Source of the DNA: a virus
Taxonomy: Duplodnaviria > Caudoviricetes
Virus record (IMG/VR): IMGVR_UViG_3300028833_003296
Location: 1-64,000 of that record
Length of the DNA stretch: 64,000 nt
Direction: 5' to 3' (one strand)
Position numbers and translations under genes: made by a program. The notes beneath the pieces are model-generated. The model saw nothing but the letters and a program-made list of their open reading frames with translations, was not told where the DNA came from and ran no database searches. Of the stretch, positions 46,637 through 56,400 are shown piece after piece (position 1 is the stretch's first letter; every line of letters starts with the position of its first letter).

Positions 46637-46789
46637 AATTTGCTTGTTTTAATCAATTATTAATATTAAATTTATGTGCAAAAGTAATTAAATTTATTAC
46701 ATTGTAATATTTTAATATTATTATTTATCATTTATTAACGTATGATTTATTACACAAACGTTTATGTAAACAAATCTTAACAAGTAAAT

Positions 46790-47119
46790 TTGGATATGAA
46801 AATTGAAAAGGTAAATCTTGGTGCATTAATACACCAAAAAGTAAAAGAGAAAGGTTGGTCAGATGCCAAATTTGCAAAGGCTATCGGACTACATAGGCAG
46901 AATGTCAAGAAAACTATATTTGACAAGGAAAGTTTAGACACAAACATGCTCTGTATTATATCAGAGCTGCTTGAATGTAATCTTTTTAATTACTTCAAAA
47001 GTAATACTATTAATGACTGCAAGGAGCTGAAGGCAACTGTCACTATCGAGATGGGTAAACAGAAAACCGAAAAGACATTCACCGTCTTCTTCGGTGACAA
47101 CAAAGTAAAGATTGAGTAG
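46790..47119 (+). CDS. XRE-family HTH repressor-like protein
   Basis: LGALIHQKVKEKGWSDAKFAKAIGLHRQNV...LDTNML..IS.LL.CNLF. Confidence 0.8.
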   Translation: MDMKIEKVNLGALIHQKVKEKGWSDAKFAKAIGLHRQNVKKTIFDKESLDTNMLCIISELLECNLFNYFKSNTINDCKELKATVTIEMGKQKTEKTFTVFFGDNKVKIE

Positions 47120-47124
47120 ATATT

Positions 47125-47553
47125 ATGAAATACGTAGCCTTTAATTTAGACAAGTTGAGAGCCATTCTTGATTCTCGCAACCTGAAGGAACGGGATTTAG
47201 CTAAAATGATGTACGGACCTAAGACTCACCAGACCTTTCAGACAATCTTCACCAAATCATTTGGTGTCCAAAAACTGCTCGACATCTGCAATGCCCTGAA
47301 CATTCCAATAGATTGTCTGTTCGACATCGAGTCAGAGGAAAACGAGAAAATTCCCGTGATTAAAGGAAATAACAATAACGTAAATAGTACGGTTATTCAC
47401 AACGATTATACATCCCTGCAGTACGAAAACGACTCTCTCAGGAAACTAATTAATGAAAAAGACAAAAGAATTTCTGACCTGCAAAAAAGCCTGGATATTC
47501 TAAACGCTATTTTGCAGGACAAAAATCGGACAAACAACAAAAAAAATGACTAA
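47125..47553 (+). CDS. HTH repressor-like protein with C-terminal coiled coil
   Basis: LKERDLAKMMY...LLDICNALNIPIDCLF and ...LINEKDKRI..L. Confidence 0.75.
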   Translation: MKYVAFNLDKLRAILDSRNLKERDLAKMMYGPKTHQTFQTIFTKSFGVQKLLDICNALNIPIDCLFDIESEENEKIPVIKGNNNNVNSTVIHNDYTSLQYENDSLRKLINEKDKRISDLQKSLDILNAILQDKNRTNNKKND

Positions 47554-47601
47554 TAGAGTTCCGATAATAAAGGGGGTCTCCCTCCTGTTTATGATGTAAA
47601 A

Positions 47602-47668
47602 AGTCCAGTAATCCCGACCTAATTAAAGTTAAAGGGTTGGTTTCCAACCCTTTAATCGTTGTCGGAGG
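47602..47668 (+). repeat. att junction between prophage 1 and prophage 2
   Basis: Duplicate of 5910-5976 (tRNA 3' 18-mer plus 47-bp arm). Confidence 0.9.
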
Positions 47669-47753
47669 TAAAATGGTCGGTGAAAAATCGGCAGTTACTT
47701 TCTTGTTTTATTATTCTTATCTAACAATAGGCCATCACGCAAAAATTTTAAAG

Positions 47754-48947
47754 ATGGCTAAAAAAAATTTTATCAGTCGCGAAAAACAGAAAGCAATCGA
47801 CGAGATCGTCGGTTGGAAACCGCCTGTGTTTCATCAGGCATCGGAATGCTACGTGTCAGTATCGGCTTTCGATCCTGCACGTGGTCAGTTCAGGATCAAG
47901 AAATTCATGCTCGGGCATGTGAAGGGTAAACGTCAGCAGAAGGTTTACGGTGAAGCACTAATTAAGAGGATTACAGAGAAACTGATGCAGGGATGGAATC
48001 CTTGGATTGAGATTATGCAACCGATGGAATATACTTCGTTCGACGAAGTATGCGAAAAGTACAAGGAATATCTAATGAAGATGCTGAAGGAACGTAGCAT
48101 GAGGGAAGAGACGGTGGCATCATACACAAGTAGGTTGAAGGTTCTGATGGACTGGAAGGTTAAGGAGAAGATAAACCTGTACTACACTTACCAGTTTAAC
48201 AAACGCATAGTTGGGCAGTTTCTGGACTATGTATTCGTTGAACGCAACAACACCATCAGGACCAGGAATAATTACCTGTTGTGGATTAAAGTGTTCTGCA
48301 AATATTTGCATGAACGTGGGTATGTTCCGAGTGATCCCTCCGCAGCTTTCCACAACGTAAATCCAAAAGGGCATCAAGGAAAGAATAGGGACATAATTCC
48401 TGATGACATTCTCCAAGAGTTGCACGATTGGTTGGCAGTACACAACAAGCACTTCCTTTTGGCATGCTATGTATTGCATTATTGCCTGGTGCGACCACGC
48501 GAGATGAGTTTTCTTAAAATACGCGACTTCTCCATAAAGAGACAAACGCTACATTTACATGGCGACACGACAAAGAACCATAACGATGCTGTCATTACCG
48601 TTCCACAGCAGGTACTGAAGTTAATGATTGAACTGAAGGTATTCGATAGTCCAGGGAATTATTATCTCTTTGGAAAGGGCTTTTCTCCTGGAGAAGAACG
48701 ATGCAGCGAGAAACAATTCCGTGACTATTGGCACCATTACGTCAGGAAAAACCTGAAGCTCACAAATCGCTACAAGTTCTACTCACTCAAGGATACTGGT
48801 ATCACGAATATGCTACGGGCAAACACCGACATCTTAACGGTGAGAGATCAAGCAAGGCACAGTAGCATACTCATAACGGATATCTACACGCCAAAGGATA
48901 TCAAAGCTGCCAACGAAATGCTGTTAAATTATCACGGAATGCTCTGA
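47754..48947 (+). CDS. int: Tyrosine integrase of prophage 2
   Basis: LVRPREM, KN, YSLKDTG, RDQARHSS, TDIY; collinear similarity with 6051..7226. Confidence 0.92.
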   Translation: MAKKNFISREKQKAIDEIVGWKPPVFHQASECYVSVSAFDPARGQFRIKKFMLGHVKGKRQQKVYGEALIKRITEKLMQGWNPWIEIMQPMEYTSFDEVCEKYKEYLMKMLKERSMREETVASYTSRLKVLMDWKVKEKINLYYTYQFNKRIVGQFLDYVFVERNNTIRTRNNYLLWIKVFCKYLHERGYVPSDPSAAFHNVNPKGHQGKNRDIIPDDILQELHDWLAVHNKHFLLACYVLHYCLVRPREMSFLKIRDFSIKRQTLHLHGDTTKNHNDAVITVPQQVLKLMIELKVFDSPGNYYLFGKGFSPGEERCSEKQFRDYWHHYVRKNLKLTNRYKFYSLKDTGITNMLRANTDILTVRDQARHSSILITDIYTPKDIKAANEMLLNYHGML

Positions 48948-49008
48948 TATTATTAATTTGTCAGAAAAGATTGCTTAGTTCGCTCTCCTACTTTCCATCT
49001 TTCCTACA

Positions 49009-49047
49009 AAAATATAAGGTGTGAAATATCTTCGCACCTTATATTTT
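49009..49047. terminator. Bidirectional terminator between the integrase and the tail operon
   Basis: 13-bp IR AAAATATAAGGTG / CACCTTATATTTT. Confidence 0.7.
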
Positions 49048-49069
49048 GATGGAATCTTAATCATAAAAA

Positions 49070-49333
49070 TCACATCAGCAACCACGCGCACAGGAATCCT
49101 GCGACTACTCCGATTTGTCCGATGCGTATGTCATTCCAATCCCAGAACGTCTTCTTTTCGAGCAAGTCATAACCCTCCTTTGCAAACAGGGCTACCTCTC
49201 CCCAAAATGCGCCGATTGATGCACATACAATGTCACTCCAACAAGCACCGCCTTTTAATGCGAGTGCTGTCACCGCCATGATGGCAAAAGCGAGAATGGG
49301 GTGAAATAGGTCATTCATATACCTTATCTTCAT
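49070..49333 (-). CDS. 87-aa membrane protein (paralog of 21175..21438)
   Basis: Shared ALALKGGA-WS and GQIGV--GFLC-WL-M motifs. Confidence 0.7.
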   Translation of the reverse strand: MKIRYMNDLFHPILAFAIMAVTALALKGGACWSDIVCASIGAFWGEVALFAKEGYDLLEKKTFWDWNDIRIGQIGVVAGFLCAWLLM

Positions 49334-49499
49334 ATCTTTCCTCCTTATAATTTAATTGTTTTACTTCATCCCATACGGAATACTCTTTTGCGTCGTTGAG
49401 AACGTTAGGTGAACCGATGTCATCAGCATTCGGTCCGCTACCACATAGCAAACCAAAGTCTGCTTCCACGATTGCTATAGTAGGTTTAATGTACCTCAT
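49311..49499 (-). CDS. Small peptide with YxKP...LLxGS leader-like motif
   Basis: MRYIKPTIAIVEADFGLLCGS-...-EYSVWDE; overlaps both neighbours. Confidence 0.6.
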   Translation of the reverse strand: MRYIKPTIAIVEADFGLLCGSGPNADDIGSPNVLNDAKEYSVWDEVKQLNYKEERYEDKVYE

Positions 49500-51973
49500 A
49501 ATCTATCTGCCATAAATGTTATACCATACTGAGCAAGGACAGCAGCAGCAACACATCTACCATGAAGAACACCACCTGCTGCATTATCATGCAACCCATC
49601 ACCTGTATAAGTATCAATAGTGTCTTCACATACACCATCCGACATTACATCAATAAATGTGCATCCGTTGTATAAAGCTGCTGTATGTATAGCATCATTA
49701 TACAAAAAGAGTTTGTCTGCTCTTTCTTTATATTGTTCAGATGTTGTTACAAGTGTCTCGTTCTTTATCTTACACCATTGAACACCTTGTAGAAATATCT
49801 TAACGTTTGGGTATAAACTTCTCAATCTTTTAACAGCATATCTAATAGAATTATGTACTGTTCCCATTTCAGCTATTGTACTATCATCTGCCATAATAGC
49901 AACATCAGGAGAACCTATGGGAAGACCTGCTCCATAATTTGTCAAACTATCATTTATTCCCAATGCAATTATTATTATATCAGGTATCCATTGTTCATTT
50001 ATTCCTGCTATCATATCATCGATTCTGTCACCTACTGCCTTGTTAGGCTCATTACTTCTATAAACCCAAGCAGTGCCATCTACTCCACATACAATTTTAT
50101 TTTTATAACCACAGATATTAAAAAAAGTATTGGGATAATGTTCAACATGGGTAATACTATCACCCAATATGGCAATATTCTTGTTAGATAAAGGTTTTGC
50201 AACTGAAGCTATCTTAGTATTAATGGGTGTTAAGTCGATATTATCACTAATATTATCTATTTCTTCTTTAATTTCCTCAACATCATCAACTAATCCTTTT
50301 TGTATCTCAACAATAGAAAAATTTGTTACAACTACCTTACATCCACCTTTTAAATTGTTATAAGTTACAGTATTTGCTTGATATGTCTCATAATTCAAGA
50401 ATCCTATATATGGTGTAGAGCTTTTAAATGTAAATACTTCATCAATATCTTCTTCTCCTGCCTGATGGAATGTTCCACTTAAAGGTTTAAGGGTAACTCC
50501 AGTATTGCTTGATTGCTGTGATGAAGACATCATCAACCTCCAATTTGCAGTTCCACCACTACCATTGGTAGTAACCGCATGGAATCTGATACGATACTCT
50601 TTGTTATCTTCAAGAGTCGAACAATTCCAAAAAGCACCATACATAGCTTGATAAGTAGACCCAGTTATAGTTACTTTACTTGCCGTAACATTCAGATTAA
50701 TACCTATCGTATTGGCAGCAGTTATTGAACCTTGTTGTATGCCACTGTCTATTTCCTTTCCAAGCACAACTTCTTGCAATTCAGAAGAATCTCCACCTTG
50801 ACCTATGCCTTCAACTGCCTGTTTATATTCATCAGTAAAGTCATTAGAAGACAGCCCTTTTCCGTCAACACCGCTACCGTCTACAAGGCTATTTTTAAAT
50901 TCATCAAGACTTTCTACGGCATCCTCAAGACTTGTAATCTTCTTCTCTATACCGTCTTGAATTGAAATAATTGAGAATTCTGTTACTACAATTTTTGAGC
51001 CACCATAAAGATGAATAGTGCTACTGCTCTGCCAATTCAAGAAACCTATGTAGGGCTTTGTTGCATCGAATGTAAACGTCACATCAATATCCTCTTCTCC
51101 TGCTGTATGATAAGTTGTATTAAGAGTTTGTACAACTGCATTTGAGTCGGATGAAGCAGCTTTACTTGAACACATCAACCTCCAATTAGCTGCATTGCTC
51201 CCATTTGTAGTAACCGCATGAAACCTAATGTGGTATTCCTTGCCAGCTTCAAGAGAGGAACAATCCCAGAAAGCACCGTATTTTCCTTGATATGATGTTC
51301 CAGTTATAGTGACTTTGTTCGTACCTTTCACCACACTTATTCCAACTGCTGATGCTGTACTGATAGAACCGAGAGTTATACCACTGTCTATTTCCTTGTC
51401 ACCTAAATCCGATGTTTGAGTTGATTCTTCCCAATTATTCTCGTTGCTAAACCCACTAAGGTCAGCAAGAATATACCTGTACTGATAATACTTCCCATCA
51501 GTACCAATATATTTTATAGTCATGCCACCCTTTTTCTTGGTAGTGTCAGTGAAAGCCGTGAGTGCCGCTTGCAACGATGCGAATGGCGATGCGTTTGGGT
51601 ATGCCGCACTGATGTCGTACACCCCGTCGCCAGCTTCCCCGCCTCCAAAGTCTTCCCACTTGCTGCTATCAGTCCAATCGCTCAACGCCCCCTTGAACTG
51701 CTTAGTTTCCCAGCTGTCTGAGGCAGTCTGGTATGTGATTACCATTCCGACGCAACGTAGTGTCTGTGGAACGGCTGCAATAGCCGTTGTAATGGTGTAA
51801 TATCCGCTTTGCAATGAGTGTAGCTTGGTAACGTTATACACGCCACCTGCAAGGCTATCCTTGTTGATGTCCGATTGTTTCTTGTTTTCAAGTGCCTCGT
51901 CCTTGATATATTTTGAATCCGCGAGCTTCTGGTTATTCGTAATGGATATAAGCTCTGATGCTACTTGTGCCAT
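49496..51973 (-). CDS. Tail spike with duplicated central domain and C-terminal SGNH/GDSL esterase
   Basis: Blocks ILGDSIT, CGVDG, LGINDS, DGLH; repeated KEIDSGI..GSI...YGAFW.CS.LE...EY.IRFHAVTTNGS domain. Confidence 0.8.
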   Translation of the reverse strand: MAQVASELISITNNQKLADSKYIKDEALENKKQSDINKDSLAGGVYNVTKLHSLQSGYYTITTAIAAVPQTLRCVGMVITYQTASDSWETKQFKGALSDWTDSSKWEDFGGGEAGDGVYDISAAYPNASPFASLQAALTAFTDTTKKKGGMTIKYIGTDGKYYQYRYILADLSGFSNENNWEESTQTSDLGDKEIDSGITLGSISTASAVGISVVKGTNKVTITGTSYQGKYGAFWDCSSLEAGKEYHIRFHAVTTNGSNAANWRLMCSSKAASSDSNAVVQTLNTTYHTAGEEDIDVTFTFDATKPYIGFLNWQSSSTIHLYGGSKIVVTEFSIISIQDGIEKKITSLEDAVESLDEFKNSLVDGSGVDGKGLSSNDFTDEYKQAVEGIGQGGDSSELQEVVLGKEIDSGIQQGSITAANTIGINLNVTASKVTITGSTYQAMYGAFWNCSTLEDNKEYRIRFHAVTTNGSGGTANWRLMMSSSQQSSNTGVTLKPLSGTFHQAGEEDIDEVFTFKSSTPYIGFLNYETYQANTVTYNNLKGGCKVVVTNFSIVEIQKGLVDDVEEIKEEIDNISDNIDLTPINTKIASVAKPLSNKNIAILGDSITHVEHYPNTFFNICGYKNKIVCGVDGTAWVYRSNEPNKAVGDRIDDMIAGINEQWIPDIIIIALGINDSLTNYGAGLPIGSPDVAIMADDSTIAEMGTVHNSIRYAVKRLRSLYPNVKIFLQGVQWCKIKNETLVTTSEQYKERADKLFLYNDAIHTAALYNGCTFIDVMSDGVCEDTIDTYTGDGLHDNAAGGVLHGRCVAAAVLAQYGITFMADRL

Positions 51974-51990
51974 ATTTTTATTCCTTTCCT

Positions 51991-53436
51991 TTAGTTTGCG
52001 ATGATAGTAAATTTAGCCGTAACTCCGGCAAGCATAGGTTCGTCAGAACGGAATATGTTCCAGTTCGTATTGTATTTTCCTTGGTTGGAAAAGTTCACGA
52101 CACCGCCAAATTCATCTTTTATGCTCTTTACCGTCAATGGCGTTACGATATAAAGGTAATCTGCATTGGTAAACGGAACGCTATATGTCGTTGAAATGGA
52201 AGTTGCAAGCGTACTTTGACCTCCAGATACAACGTTAGCCGCACTTGTTCCCGCACCGACATAAGTTCTGTATGTAGAGTTGAAATACCCCGTCGCTGAC
52301 TTCACGGCCACTCCCTTATGCGTTCCTGTTACGGTGAAATTGTAGGTGGTCTTTGAACTTGGCGTAACGGATATAGTTTTTTGCACGTTCGCCGCACCGT
52401 TCGCCGACTGCGCAGTTCCGTCGTATGTAACATTCAACGTATCAATAGACTTGCTTGCAGTTCCCTTGATGGTAACGGATGTCGTCTCTCCAACCTCTAT
52501 GACAGTCTTTGTGGCACTTGCCGAGAGCGTAATGCCTCCGACCGCCAATTCCGTCAGTTCGTTCTTCAACTCGTCGATGGCAGCTTGCGCATTCGTGGCT
52601 TCCATTCCACTCTGAGTATTGTCGTACTTAATCTTCTCCGCTTTGCCTCCTCCGCCTTGGAAGTTCGTGGCTTGATAGTTCGTTCCATCGTAATAGACCT
52701 CTATCACCTTTCCTGCCTCCCACGAGTTTGTCGGACTTGCGATAGCACCGTTGTAGTAGATGGACTTCGCTCCCGTTGCATTGATGTTAAGGGTTGGGGT
52801 GCTTGCGGTGTTGGCATTGGTCATCTTTATCTTCATTGAACCGCCAGTACGCAATGCATAACTGGGTGCCGTTACCGTCTTTGCCGCCGTACCTCCAGCC
52901 GTCGAGCACTCAAAGTATCCAACCGACTGTTCTACCTTTTGAAGAGCGTCATTCATTTGTCCCTTCGTGTAGTAATCAGACATATCCACCAATGTTCCAA
53001 GACCCGTGTTTGCATCTGCCTGATAGGTCATCACGTTCTCTGCAGGCACGAATCCATCCGGAGAAGATTCCACGACGTTAAAACAAGTACCAGGCTCCAA
53101 GTAGAACCGCTTGTCCAATCCACCAACCGTGAATATAATCTCGATGCCATACCTACCGATTGGAAGCTTATCGTAGAAATTAATAATTACGTTGTTTCCT
53201 GGATTAAGATGCCAAGTATTCGAGCCATTTACGGCTTCGCCCTCACTCAGTATTGTTCTGCGTTTGTCTGCAGCCACGAGTTTCACTTCCGATATCGTCA
53301 CCTCTCCTTCTATCTCCCGTTGCTCTATCCTTCGGTATCCAACCACCCTGTTCTCAACGAGATGCACACCAAGTACGAAGTCATTTCCCCTTGTGATACG
53401 GGGAACCTTATCGTTTAGTTCTATAACACTTACCAT
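51991..53436 (-). CDS. Tail fibre/baseplate adaptor protein
   Basis: ITRGNDF N-terminus shared with 22050..22982; CSTAGGTAAKTV...TPTLNINATGAK fibre motif. Confidence 0.6.
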   Translation of the reverse strand: MVSVIELNDKVPRITRGNDFVLGVHLVENRVVGYRRIEQREIEGEVTISEVKLVAADKRRTILSEGEAVNGSNTWHLNPGNNVIINFYDKLPIGRYGIEIIFTVGGLDKRFYLEPGTCFNVVESSPDGFVPAENVMTYQADANTGLGTLVDMSDYYTKGQMNDALQKVEQSVGYFECSTAGGTAAKTVTAPSYALRTGGSMKIKMTNANTASTPTLNINATGAKSIYYNGAIASPTNSWEAGKVIEVYYDGTNYQATNFQGGGGKAEKIKYDNTQSGMEATNAQAAIDELKNELTELAVGGITLSASATKTVIEVGETTSVTIKGTASKSIDTLNVTYDGTAQSANGAANVQKTISVTPSSKTTYNFTVTGTHKGVAVKSATGYFNSTYRTYVGAGTSAANVVSGGQSTLATSISTTYSVPFTNADYLYIVTPLTVKSIKDEFGGVVNFSNQGKYNTNWNIFRSDEPMLAGVTAKFTIIAN

Positions 53437-53458
53437 ATCTATTGTATTTAATCGTTAT

Positions 53459-56400
53459 CTATCCTCTGGTCGTAATGTTTAATGTCCTTTCCCCTTCGTA
53501 AAGATTCAACACGGGATGTCCCATCCAGCAGTCATCGATGCCACGGTGTGAATTGGTCGGGGAATACGTGGGAGCACTTCCGTCATAAATCATTATCTCG
53601 TTGCATGACAATGGTTTTGTCATCGGAACGAACTCAGACGGGTTTTCCACAACCCACACCAATACTTCCTGGTACGTGTCTATCCTCATGATCTGCGAGC
53701 GCAGCTGCAATGATTGACCAGGTAACAGCGCGATGAATCTCGCCTGATAGCCACCGCAGAAGAAAAGTCCGGCGTTCCACTTATAGAGATCTTCCGTCGT
53801 ATTTGGAATAAGCTGCTTGTTTTCGTTCCCGTCATACTCGATATTCTCGAATGCAATGATTCTCGGATCAGCGCAAACCATTACGGCATTACCCCTCAGA
53901 GCCTCTATATACTGACTGTTAGGGTTCGTGAGCAAGGTTGGCCAATTAGCCGTAAAAGTATCGGCTTCGTTTACAATTGTCAGCCTCGTTCCGTTTCTTC
54001 TGTACGCCATCACCCATTTCTTCGAGTCATGAACGCCGTTGTTATCGAATAACCTGAATGGGTAAACTGTCTTTTCGCCAACCACAATACCATTGTCTGG
54101 AAATGCAAGGATTGTGTCACCCTTCCAATCGTATTGACTGTATTGGTTGTAATTGTCCTTTACCTCAATAATTGAGTCATAGAAAGGTAATGCAACCACT
54201 CTCGGCTCACTTGTGTTATTTCCATTGAGAGCTTCGTTTCTTGCCTTGAATTGCACGGATTTTACGGTTACGTTTGCCACATCGGATGGATCCATAAACT
54301 CTCCCATGTTAATGATTACGGGATAGTAGTAATCGTCATAGCCCACCACAGTCACGTTCTCCGTTGTCAAACCCTGTAAGTCCAAATCACCCTCGATCTC
54401 GGTTTTCTTTCCGATGATGGTAACGCTCTGGTTGTTGCCGTTAATACGTACACCAGCCTGCTCCAAGCCATTTCTGGTGACTCTTAGGTTAATCTGGTCT
54501 TTTGTCAGGTCGATTTGTCCTTGCCAATCTTCCTCTGCCCGTCGCCAGTCAGTTGGCAAATTGCCCTTCTCAAGTTGGAGCCCAACGATGCGGAACGATC
54601 CCGTTCCCTGCTTGGTAATGTACATTGGCAGTATCTGTCCGTCACCCTTAATGGTGAAACAAAGTCTTTTCCAAGTTGGGGGTATGGCAGAACTTCCGTC
54701 AGGTATCACGACGGCGTTCGCGGGATTTCCCCTCCTGACCTGAATAGTTGGTACAGTCTCTTGGTTATCCGCCAGTTTCACATAGAAAGACAAGATATAA
54801 TCAGCATCGTCTTCAAGCTTAAGGTTTGGCTGTTTTGTTGCATCAGACGGAATACACAATCCTTTACCAGCCTCGTTGACAGTAACCAACAGGCTTTCTG
54901 TAAACGGTGCCGGTTCGTCAGTGCTGCCAAGGGCGAGATACACGTTTCCGAACTTTTCATAGCGTTTCGGGGCATTGTTTTCACGTTCCTTGAAGTCGGA
55001 GTTGAGCAACAAGTTCCTGCCTCCAATCGTCCTTCCATTCACGGTTTCCGTGATGGAATTGAGCAGCTGCAGTATTGAAGAATCAGCGGTAAGGCTAAAA
55101 ACGGCTTGATATATCCTATCGGTAACGGAAACCACTGCCGCTTGAGCGGAATAAAGCTGTCTCCAAGCAAGTCTCGTAGTATTGCCCTCCGTCTTCTCGT
55201 AACAAATATATTGGTCGTAATAATCTCCTTCCAAGAATTCACGGGTGATTGGATCTGTCAAGTTCTGGCGCACATACCAATAATCACCAACCTTTACGGT
55301 GACATCTGATGGCGGTCTTTGCAATGGATCTTCAGACTGAACGAATGTATGCGGCTGCTCGATTTCCGCACTCATGTCATTAATCGACTTCTGCCGAGCA
55401 TTGGCTATGTCTGTCGAAAGGGTCTGCCTTGCGTTGAAAACATCCTCCCATTTCTCGTTGAAGACCGCACTTGTTATAGTAGTTGAAGCAACATTGTTCT
55501 GCGTGTCTATCAAACTTGGATAAGTGTCCCAATAAGAAATGCCTGGTGCATCTCCATCTTCCGCAGCCACTTTCCATGAACTGTCGTTGTTAAGATATGT
55601 ACCAAGCGCATTAAGGGCAGTTTTCAGCTCGTCAATGGTGACAGTCACCTGACTTCCGCCCACTGTCTTTTGTATGGTTCCGTTAAATGAATCAAGCGCA
55701 CCCAGCAAATCAAAGTATTGCGCCACTTCGTTGGCGAACATCTGCCGCAGCATGGCCTTTTCCTTTGCCGTTATGATATCATCGGATGCGATGTTGTTAA
55801 TCATATCCATTTGGTACGCGTTGATGGCACGTTCCAAATCCCCCATGGCATGATAGAGCGTTGACCACAGCGTATTGTGAACAGTAGCCAGAGTATTAGT
55901 GGCGGTAGGCAATCCTATTCTGCTTGCATACGCATTCCAACCACTAATTAAGTCTGCGTCGGCGAGGTTGACGCTCGTGCCAAGGTTCTCATCGGCTATC
56001 CAAGACGGGATGATGGATGATGTATGTCCCTCTACACTGTAATTGTTGTCAAGGAAAACGTGTAAATAGTAAAACGAACTTTCAAAAGTTCGATAGATTC
56101 GTTCGTTATCATCGCTAATAGAGGTAAAATTCAAGCTACTTTGCTGATTCTGTAATTTCACGTATTCAGCCACCATCTCATCCCATCTCTGCCGTAGTTG
56201 CATCTTCGCGTCGCCGCCAGTGATAAAGTCATCTGACAGAATCTTTTCGACTGACGTTGCCAGGTCATCGTCATTGCCCGATGAAGAGAGGGCATAGAAT
56301 TTTCCATAAATCTTGCTGTCCCTTGCATCGAAGAAAGTCTTACGGTGAGAGGAAAGGTTAAAGTCGTTGATGCCATGGTAGAATGCCAAGAATGGAGCAT

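Larger units (their letters stand above)
5910..47619. mobile_element. Prophage 1 (siphovirus-like, ~41.7 kb) integrated in tRNA-Pro
   Basis: Bounded by att core repeats; contains integrase, tape measure, lysis, portal, terminase, capsid, protease, primase and repressors. Confidence 0.93.
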
